64,000 bases of DNA, taken from NCBI GenBank assembly GCA_030706685.1, contig JAUZOA010000018.1, forward strand, positions 1,329 to 65,328, given 5' to 3'. This DNA comes from Bacteroidota bacterium. Its GTDB lineage: Bacteria; Bacteroidota; Bacteroidia; Chitinophagales; Chitinophagaceae. Position 1 is the first letter of the stretch, and each line of letters begins with the position of its first letter. Position numbers and translations under genes: made by a program. The notes beneath the pieces were generated by a model, which saw only the letters and a list, made by a program, of their open reading frames with translations, had not been told where the DNA came from and searched no databases. Shown here in pieces: positions 27,773 through 36,300 of this stretch.

Positions 27773-28780
27773 ATGTGTTTTGAAAAGTCAAAATGGCTGC
27801 TGCTAATAGCCATAGCAGCGGCCATTGTAATTGTTACGGCGCTGATTGCAGAAAGAAAGAAGAAAGATTCTTTCGCAGTCAACACCAATACAATGAGTAA
27901 AGGCTTTGAATGGAAGGCTCCCGATACCAATCAAATTGCTGTTGCCGAAAACGGGCAGCTTATCCGTTATGGAAGAGAGCTTATCGCCCATACATCTTTT
28001 TATCTCGGTCCAAAAGGAAGTATAGCAGCTACTACCAATGGAATGAATTGCCAGAATTGCCACCTGGAAGCGGGTACTAAGCCCTGGGGAAATAATTACA
28101 GTGCTGTATTTGCTACTTACCCGAGATTCCGTGAACGAAGCGGAACGATAGAGAATATTTATAAAAGAGTGAATGATTGTATCGAAAGAAGTTTGAATGG
28201 AAAAGCCATAGATACAAACAGCCGGGAAATGCAGGCGATATCTTCTTATATTCAATGGTTAGGCAGCGGAGTGCCCAGGGGGACAACACCCGCGGCGGCA
28301 GGGATCAAAACAATTCCTTTTCTAAAAAGAGCTGCTGATCCCACCAGGGGGAAGATGGTGTATTGGCAGAATTGCCAGCGTTGTCATGGACCGGAAGGAA
28401 AAGGGCTTTTGAATACCGACTCGACTATGTATATATATCCTCCATTGTGGGGCGACAATAGTTACAATACCGGCGCCGGTCTATATCGTATCAGTCGTTT
28501 AGCCGGGTATGTAAAAGAAAATATGCCATTTGATGCCCCGCAAAAATCCAGGCACCTGACGGATGAAGAGGCATGGGATGTGGCCGCATTTATTAATTCG
28601 CAACCCCGTCCCGGCAAAGAGTATAAGAATGACTGGCCGGATATTGCCAGGAAGCCATTTGATCATCCTTTTGGGCCCTATATAGATAGTTTTTCAGAAC
28701 AACAACACAAATATGGCCCGTATGAACCGGTCAGGCAGTTGCAGGAGAAAATGTACAGTAAGCAGCTAAACCCTTATTGA
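27773..28780 (+). CDS. dihaem c-type cytochrome, TsdA-like (thiosulfate dehydrogenase family, putative)
   Basis: Two CxxCH motifs (MNCQNCHLEAG; QNCQRCHGPEG) and a conserved-looking Cys 39 residues after the first haem His (RVNDCIERSLNG), consistent with His/Cys ligation in TsdA. It also has a PPLWG..SYNTGAG segment and an N-terminal TM anchor. I prefer the ATG at 27773 to the track start 27725, which overlaps the upstream gene. Confidence 0.6.
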   Translation: MCFEKSKWLLLIAIAAAIVIVTALIAERKKKDSFAVNTNTMSKGFEWKAPDTNQIAVAENGQLIRYGRELIAHTSFYLGPKGSIAATTNGMNCQNCHLEAGTKPWGNNYSAVFATYPRFRERSGTIENIYKRVNDCIERSLNGKAIDTNSREMQAISSYIQWLGSGVPRGTTPAAAGIKTIPFLKRAADPTRGKMVYWQNCQRCHGPEGKGLLNTDSTMYIYPPLWGDNSYNTGAGLYRISRLAGYVKENMPFDAPQKSRHLTDEEAWDVAAFINSQPRPGKEYKNDWPDIARKPFDHPFGPYIDSFSEQQHKYGPYEPVRQLQEKMYSKQLNPY

Positions 28781-28804
28781 TATTTCATTTTAAAAAACTT
28801 TAGT

Positions 28805-29221
28805 ATGAAAAAGCATATATCGCTAACAGCTATTCTCATGCTGGTTACGTTTTTAGTGCAGGCACAGGCTCCTAATTATAAAGTTGTTTTTGATATGACC
28901 AGCCGCGATTCCGTGAACCAACAGTCTCTTATCCGGGAACTGGGACTGATCCGCGAATCAAATCCCACGGCAAAACTGGAAGTGGTGCTATACGGGCAGG
29001 GTTTGGACCTGGTAATAAAAGGCAGATCGTCACAGGAGCCTAATGTTGCCCGTTTATTAACTGATAAGGATATATCCTTTAAAGTATGCGCGATAGCCAT
29101 GAAACGGACAAACATTGTTAAAGACCAGTTGATCCCGGGAGTAGATATTGTACCCGATGGTATCTATGAAATAATATCAAAACAACAGGAAGGATGGGGT
29201 TATATAAAAGTGGCACATTAA
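28805..29221 (+). CDS. DsrE/DsrF-like family protein with Sec signal peptide
   Basis: 138 aa. Signal peptide MKKHISLTAILMLVTFLVQAQA. The body is YKVVFDMTSRD ... LEVVLYGQGLDLV ... FKVCAIAMKRT ... VDIVPDGIYEI. Confidence 0.6.
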   Translation: MKKHISLTAILMLVTFLVQAQAPNYKVVFDMTSRDSVNQQSLIRELGLIRESNPTAKLEVVLYGQGLDLVIKGRSSQEPNVARLLTDKDISFKVCAIAMKRTNIVKDQLIPGVDIVPDGIYEIISKQQEGWGYIKVAH

Positions 29222-29244
29222 ATAGAGGATAAGACCGAAAGCCG

Positions 29245-29294
29245 GAAAGTCCGGAAGACATTTACTCAACCCGAAGATTATCTTCCGGACTTTC
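29245..29294. repeat. hairpin, 14-bp perfect stem (GAAAGTCCGGAAGA / TCTTCCGGACTTTC)
   Basis: 29245-29258 is the exact reverse complement of 29281-29294, with a 22-nt loop. It lies 24 nt after the stop at 29221. No T-tract follows. Confidence 0.8.
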
Positions 29295-29343
29295 GATCTT
29301 CCCTTCTGCATTACTTTCTCGCTTTAGTGTTATTTTTATCAGT

Positions 29344-30408
29344 ATGAAACAATTCTTAATTGCCTTTTGCATACTGACATCTCTTGCTCCCCTTCATTCA
29401 CAAAAATTATCGGAAGCTGATGCGACGAAGCTGGCAAGATTGCCCCTGCGTTGCATTACAAGTGAATTTCCCAATAAGACATCACATACAGCCGATAGCG
29501 CCAGCGACGCTGTATTATTACCCAGCCAGCTTCACCCTTCGTTTTATGGTTGTCTCGACTGGCACAGCAGTGTACACGGCCATTGGCTATTGCTAAAAGT
29601 GCTGAAAGAATTTCCCTCCATCACTATCCGCGACAGCATTATACAAGTACTCAGTAATAGCTTTCAATCACAAAAAATAAATGAAGAGGCCAGCTATTTT
29701 TCAAAATACAAGACCACCAACACCTATGAACGCACTTATGGCTGGGCATGGCTGCTGAAGCTGGACGAAGAATTGTATACCTGGGATGATCCCCTTGCGA
29801 AGCAATGGCATGCCACCCTTCAACCTCTCACAAAAAAAATTGTTGCCTTGTGGAAAGCTTTTTTACCCAAACAAACCTACCCTAACCGGACAGGCGTACA
29901 TCCCAATACTGCTTTCGGTTTGGTCTTTGCGATCGACTGGGCAAGAACAGTGAAGGATACTGCTTTTGAAAATGAAATTATCAAAACAGCGAAAACATTT
30001 TATTTAAACAATACCGCTACTCCCGCCTACCTGGAGCCCGATGGCACTGATTTTTTAAGCCCCAGTCTTGAGATCGCCGACCTGATGCGACGGGTTTTGG
30101 CAAAGCAATCATTCATCGGCTGGCTGAATAAATTTTACGAAACACGAAGCATTCAACGTATTACTCAAATGCCTGTCATCAGCGATCGCACGGATTACCA
30201 GATCGTGCATTTAGACGGTCTCGCATTAAGCCGTGCCTGGTGCATGAAAGGTATCGCGAAAGAATTACCCGCTTCTCATCCCTGGAAAAAGTTGTTGGAG
30301 AAAACAGCCGCTGATTTTTTACAAAAAGCATTACCCAATGTAACCAGCGGTAATTATGGCGGAGACCATTGGCTGGCCAGTTTTGCCATTTATGCCTTAA
30401 GCCTTTAG
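29344..30408 (+). CDS. DUF2891-like protein with signal peptide (function unknown)
   Basis: 354-aa ORF. The motif FYGCLDWHSSVHGHWLLL matches what I recall as the DUF2891 hallmark (memory only). Confidence 0.65.
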   Translation: MKQFLIAFCILTSLAPLHSQKLSEADATKLARLPLRCITSEFPNKTSHTADSASDAVLLPSQLHPSFYGCLDWHSSVHGHWLLLKVLKEFPSITIRDSIIQVLSNSFQSQKINEEASYFSKYKTTNTYERTYGWAWLLKLDEELYTWDDPLAKQWHATLQPLTKKIVALWKAFLPKQTYPNRTGVHPNTAFGLVFAIDWARTVKDTAFENEIIKTAKTFYLNNTATPAYLEPDGTDFLSPSLEIADLMRRVLAKQSFIGWLNKFYETRSIQRITQMPVISDRTDYQIVHLDGLALSRAWCMKGIAKELPASHPWKKLLEKTAADFLQKALPNVTSGNYGGDHWLASFAIYALSL

Positions 30409-30758
30409 GATAAGAGGGTGAACACGGATGAAAAGGATGTAACGGATTTTTTCTTCAAACACACGAGATCACCCTGAAAAGACAGAATAAAATCTGTGTT
30501 TATCTATCTTATCTGTGTTATCCGCGTTCCGCTTACTACTTACATCCTGCGGACAGCTTTATACACAGAGGATAAAAATCTTTCTTATTTTTTTATTTCT
30601 CCCGTATGCAATTACTGCATTCAGAGCATCCTTATATCCGGGTATCCATTTCAGCATCGAATTGTAAGAACTCCCGTCACGGAATGATGTATTGACTTGC
30701 AAAAGAAGAACACAGGATACCATAAAGCCTGATCTATATATGCAGAAACCGGTAAATC

Positions 30759-30795
30759 GCCGGCGTTGAAACGCCGGCAGGTAAATCTTTTTGAC
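30759..30795 (+). terminator. GC-rich stem-loop followed by a T-run (terminator or attenuator-like) 20 nt upstream of the barrel gene
   Basis: GCCGGCGT (30759-30766) pairs with ACGCCGGC (30771-30778) around a TGAA loop. TCTTTTT follows about 8 nt later. Confidence 0.35.
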
Positions 30796-30815
30796 TAAAC
30801 TTTAAACTACGCATT

Positions 30816-33377
30816 TTGAAACCAATCCTGCTACTATTGCTATCCCCTTCTTTTGTATCGGCGCAGGTGATAAGATCTGTAGAGCCTGTGGAAACAAAAG
30901 ATTATATCAACATGATCCGCCGGCATGGCGACACTGCAAATAATAACAACGTATCGCCGGCGGACTCGATCAATAGTGTACGCAATGCCAACCTCACCCT
31001 GCGCGGCATTTTCAATCCTGCTATCGCTATCAAGAGAATAAATATCAATAACGGGAATATCAAAATCTACAGTAATTATTCAAGACGCCTGGTGCTCAGC
31101 GGCAGTTATAGTTCTGTCGCCAGTATCAAAACAACTAACCGGCTTCCCGGCTTACAAAATAATTTTGTACAAGGTGGCCCTGCAAATGGAGAATTGCGCT
31201 GGCTTGGCCCTGAAACAGGAGAAATGTTCAGCTTTGGGCCTGACATTCATGCCCTGGAATTTGATGGCAGTTCGTACCCCTATGATCAGAATGGTAAATT
31301 AGTGGCAACAGGTTCCGGCAACGGGAACCCGGCTCAAATTTATCATAGCAATATTTTCAGAACAGCGGCATCGCTCTCCCAGTCATTGAATATCCAAAGC
31401 ACGCTTTACCGCGCGGCTAAAAATACCTGGACCTTTAATGTTAAACTGGGACAAACAGGTGAACATATATACATCAGGGATAATAAAAACTCCTCCAAAA
31501 CTATTTCGGCTTCCATCGGAACAGTGTCCAAATCGCTTAGCCTTTCAGGAAACTATAGCTATTCCCGTGACAAATTCTCCAACTCTAACCGGAATGGGTT
31601 TTTAAACCGCGTATACCAGAACTCGTTGCTCACCCCGATCAGTTTTTCCGCTACCCAGGGGAATACACTTACCGGCAATATTCAAAGAAGCTATAGCCAC
31701 CTCGCGGACAACCCCTTCTTTCTATTGGATAATAACGGTAACTCCTTTTTACAGTCACAGCATCATGGAAACGTGGTATTGGAAGAAAAAACAAATAGCC
31801 TGAAATTCAAAGTAATTCAGTCTCTTGAAAGCGTACAACAAAAAAGTATTGAGCAATACAAAGAAGGAACAGCTTATTTTCCCGGCGGGATCGCCACGGG
31901 AAGAAAGAAAAATGATCTTTCTTATTTATTAACAGCCAGCGCCTGGGGAGACATTAACTATTCAAATTACAGGTATCACTCTACTTTATCTGTTAATTAT
32001 ATTTTTACGGGTACCCGGTCAGCTATCTGTTATTCCATTAATAGTCAAACCTATAGTTACCAAAGGTCTTCCAATGATGTAAACTTCAGTTATCTCACGC
32101 TTTACAGGGGACATAATATAGAAGCAGGGATTGATCTTACTAATAAATTTTATTATTCCAATACATCCGGTAAAGGCAGTTACTTCTTGCCTGCCGTCAA
32201 TTCATATGCCCGGTTGAATAATATCTTCGACTACTTTGATATCAAGCTGAATACAGCTGTCAATCATTTCAAAAGTGAATTACCGGTTGACAAGTCCTTT
32301 GCGCATATCAATTTATTGCGATACTCTACGCAGGATGCGTTTCAATATTTCCCGCTCGGGGAAGTGACGGGTTTTGATAATCTTAAAGTGATTGATCATT
32401 TTGAATGGACGGGGAAATTAGAATTGTGGTATAAGAACAATATTTCTCTCAGCGGGGAAGTGTTTATAAGAAATACCCGCCATGATGTCTTTCCTGTTTA
32501 TAAAAACGGAGACTGGGTACTTAAAAATATAGCTGATCACCGTAAAAAGGGTATTGAATTGCAGCTAAGCTCTTACCGGCTTCCTTTTTCTCCGAAGAAA
32601 TTCTCTGTCAGTAATACGCTCTCATTTACCTCCTATCAAAACAGGGTAACAAAAGTGGGAGACGGTTACAATTTCACTCCCATTGCAGGGTTCAGCAATA
32701 TTAATAAAGTTATAGCGGCGGGCGAGCCACTGGGAGCCATAGCAGGAAGCAGTTATGTCCGGGATGCATCAAATAATATCCTCATCGGGAATGATGGGTA
32801 CCCGCTTGTCAATAATCAACCAAAAATAATCGGCGATCCTACTCCTGATTTTATCATGAAGCTGAGTAATAGCATGAACTGGAAAAAATTCACGTTGTGC
32901 CTGGATATGGAATGGAAAAAAGGGGGAGATGTCTGGAATGGTACACAGGCGGCATTGGATTATTACGGAAGATCACAGACCTCGGCGATGCTGCGGAATA
33001 CGACGAATTATATTTTCCCGGGCTATTTACAGGATGGTCATATCAATAATATCCCGGTCAATTTTTATGACCCGGCTTTACCGCTTGATAAAAATCGCTG
33101 GGTGAGATACGGTCTTAGCGGTATCGCGGAAGAATATATTCAAAAGGGGGATAACATCAGGCTAAACACCTTATCCCTCGGATACAAATTGAATTTCAGG
33201 AAATATATACAGCAACTGACGGTTGGGATATACCTGGATAATATTATCCTTTGGACAGCTTATAAGGGCGCAGACCCGAACCAACTACTATATGACCAAC
33301 CGAATGGTTCGGGGCTCGACTTTTTCAATCTTCCTTCCACTAAAACATTTGGCTTTACCACCTCCATTCAATTTTGA
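30816..33377 (+). CDS. SusC/RagA-like outer-membrane beta-barrel lacking a recognisable CarboxypepD_reg + plug N-terminal module
   Basis: 853 aa with a TTG start and signal peptide MKPILLLLLSPSFVSAQ. The body and C-terminus (TKTFGFTTSIQF) parallel the barrel part of the SusC at 43937-47185. I find none of the plug signatures in the first ~100 residues. Confidence 0.75.
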   Translation: MKPILLLLLSPSFVSAQVIRSVEPVETKDYINMIRRHGDTANNNNVSPADSINSVRNANLTLRGIFNPAIAIKRININNGNIKIYSNYSRRLVLSGSYSSVASIKTTNRLPGLQNNFVQGGPANGELRWLGPETGEMFSFGPDIHALEFDGSSYPYDQNGKLVATGSGNGNPAQIYHSNIFRTAASLSQSLNIQSTLYRAAKNTWTFNVKLGQTGEHIYIRDNKNSSKTISASIGTVSKSLSLSGNYSYSRDKFSNSNRNGFLNRVYQNSLLTPISFSATQGNTLTGNIQRSYSHLADNPFFLLDNNGNSFLQSQHHGNVVLEEKTNSLKFKVIQSLESVQQKSIEQYKEGTAYFPGGIATGRKKNDLSYLLTASAWGDINYSNYRYHSTLSVNYIFTGTRSAICYSINSQTYSYQRSSNDVNFSYLTLYRGHNIEAGIDLTNKFYYSNTSGKGSYFLPAVNSYARLNNIFDYFDIKLNTAVNHFKSELPVDKSFAHINLLRYSTQDAFQYFPLGEVTGFDNLKVIDHFEWTGKLELWYKNNISLSGEVFIRNTRHDVFPVYKNGDWVLKNIADHRKKGIELQLSSYRLPFSPKKFSVSNTLSFTSYQNRVTKVGDGYNFTPIAGFSNINKVIAAGEPLGAIAGSSYVRDASNNILIGNDGYPLVNNQPKIIGDPTPDFIMKLSNSMNWKKFTLCLDMEWKKGGDVWNGTQAALDYYGRSQTSAMLRNTTNYIFPGYLQDGHINNIPVNFYDPALPLDKNRWVRYGLSGIAEEYIQKGDNIRLNTLSLGYKLNFRKYIQQLTVGIYLDNIILWTAYKGADPNQLLYDQPNGSGLDFFNLPSTKTFGFTTSIQF

Positions 33378-33381
33378 AATC

Positions 33382-36300
33382 ATGAAACTACCAGTAAAAC
33401 ATTTTGTATTCTTATTGCTGATAGCAGGATCAGTCAATAGAGTTTTTGCGCAAGTGCCGGACTATTCTTCGTCAAAGGAAAAGGTCTATATTCAAACCAA
33501 TCATGTATTCTTTAAGCCCGGCGACCAGGTCTTTTTCAAACTTTACCTCGTAAATGGGCAGGACCAAACGCCTTCCGGACAGAGCAGCGTGGTGTATGTA
33601 GAAGTCATCAACCCTTCGGGCAATGTGCTTCAAAAACTGAATTACCGGGTTGACAACGGGTATACGGAGGGTTCATTTGATTTTAATGAAGAAGCCCCCG
33701 GCGGGATTTACAAACTCCGGGCCTATACTACCTGGATGCAAAACGAAAAAGACAGCAGCTTCTTTGTAAAAGAAATTACTTTACAAAAAGTCATCGCGCC
33801 AAGAGTGCTGATGAAACTCGACTTCCCGAAAAAAGGCTATGGTGCCGGCGACGAAGTGACAGCTGATTATTCTATACGTAATCTCAGCGACCAGCCTATC
33901 CGGTATTATGAAGTAAAATATACCGTTTCCGTTGGCGGAACCACTATCCATACCAATAGCTTTAAAACGAACAATGAAGGTAAGGCGCAGGTGAAATTCA
34001 GGCTTCCCGCCGACCTGAAGAGCAGTGATGGATTGCTGAACATCACGATAGAATATGATTCTTATACAGAAGCCATTTCAAGAAGCATCCCGATTGTTCT
34101 TAATAAAATCGATCTCCAGTTCATGCCCGAAGGAGGAACCCTCGTTAACGGCATTGCCACCAACATTGCATTCAAAGCACTGAATGAAAACGGGAAACCG
34201 GCCGATATAAAAGGAGAAATATGGGATAATGAGGATAACAAGATCATGTCTTTTGAAAGTTATCATTTTGGAATGGGGAAATTTTCCTTCACGCCGCAAA
34301 AAGGGAAAACATATATTGCAAAAATCACTTCCCCTGCTTCTATCCAGGAAAAATTCAAATTGCCGGTAGCGTCGAATAATGGCATTGTGATGAATATGTC
34401 GGAGAACGACAACAAATTATTGGTCAAATTAAGCTCGACCGAAGACAGGTATATAGAATTAGCCGGGCAAACTAAAAACGTTATTTACCATTCTCAAAGG
34501 TTGTTCCTGAAAAAAGGGGAGCAGGTCACTGAAATAGATGAAAGAAAATTTCCTGCAGGCATCGCGCAGTTTACTATTTACAATGAAGATGAGTTGCCCA
34601 TAGCAGAAAGACTGGTATTCTTAAATGAGAATAAAGTATTACAGGTAAAGATCACTACCGATAAAGACAGGTATTTGCCAAGAGAGAAGGTCACGATGAC
34701 GCTTCAAACACTGGATGAAAAAGGCGACCCTGTTCCTTCAAATTTTTCTGTAGCAGTAGTAGATGACAAACTTTGGTCTTTCGCGGATGATAAACAGGAT
34801 CATATTCTTTCCTGGCTGCTGATGAGCTCTGAATTGAGAGGAAAAATTGAAGAACCACAATTCTATTTTAAAAAAGATGAGCCTAAAGCAGTGCCCGCGC
34901 TGGACCTTGTTATGCTGACTCACGGTTACCGGTATTTTGATTATATCGAATATGTTCAAAAAGAGGGGAAATTGAAATTTACACCGGACCAGCCAAATAT
35001 TTTAAGCGGTGTAGTTCTTAATGACAAACAACAACCCGTGAAAGCAAGCGTATTCCTGGTAAATCCCAATACCGGCGAAAAAGCATTGAATATAAAAACC
35101 GGTTCGGATGGCATATTTTTCTTCTCCGACCTGGCACCAAGGACGAACTACTATTTGATCGCTCAGTCCCTGAAGGAAAAAGAAAAAGTGACCATTAAAG
35201 TTTTGCAAAACGGCATAGGGTATAACCCTTTAAAAGCAAAACAACTTGCTCCACTTGCTTCAAAATTTGGCGCCCGTACAGGCTTAGGCCTGGTCAATCC
35301 CGTTAAAAAAGAAGAAGCGGAAAAAGTAAATCTAAAAATAATAGTTGATAAAAAAGAGGAAGGGCGGATGAATGAAACTCACCTGGATGAAGTAGTCATA
35401 GTTGGCTATGGCGCAGCAAAAAGAAAGGATTTAACCGCTGCGGTAGCCGTTGTAAGAAATGAGGCGTTGCCGGCAGCCAATAATCTTGGTTTTCTGCTGG
35501 AGGGCAAAGTCGCTGGCCTTGATATAGAGCAACAGGCTAATCCTGCGGCAGGAGCCGTATTTAAAATCAGGGGAGCGGCTGCATTAGCCGGCGGTAATGA
35601 GCCATTGTATGTTGTGAATGGAATACCTGTCGAAAAATTCGAATGGAATTTCAACCCGAATGATATTGAATCCATCACTATTTTGAAAGATGCGTCCGCC
35701 ACGGCGATCTATGGGGCAAGAGCTGTCAACGGCGTGATTGCCATTGAGTCGAAAAAATTCAGGAATCAAAAGATCAGGCTGGACCTGACAAAAAAATATT
35801 ACTATATCACGCAAATGATCCAGGCAGGCGGTTCTGTATACTCGGTAGCAAAAAGATTTTATGCACCAAGGTACCATTCAACGGAAACATCCGAAAGAAA
35901 TGATTTCAGGGAAACCATTTACTGGAACCCGGTAGTGCAAACCGATAAGAATGGAAAAGCATCTGTTGAATTCTATAATTCCGATGCCTCTACTACTTTC
36001 AGGGCTATCGCGGAAGGAATTGCGTATAATGGAAAAATCGGGAGAGCCGAAGCCACTTATACCACAAGGAATGCGATAACTGTCGATGCGAAGATCCCTC
36101 CTTATCTTACCGTAGGAGACAAAGCATTGATCCCATTGGTGATTAAGAATAATACTGAACAAAACGCAGATGCAACGATCAGTTTACATCTTCCCGGGAA
36201 TATTAAAACCGGTGATTATGATAACAAAATCATCTTAACGGCAGGCGAATCCAGGCAAGTGCTGATCCCGGCAGAAGCAACCGCCGCGGCTAAGGGATCC

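Noticed and set aside
33223-33381. N-terminal extensions given by the ORF track for several genes: 33223, 47356, 41995, 8897, 48740, 27725, 23036, 16414, 56480, 60813.
   Set aside because: The extensions overlap the upstream gene or lack signal peptides. Internal ATGs give N-termini that match paralogs or yield proper signal peptides or lipoboxes. Several of the extended starts I checked are TTG or GTG.
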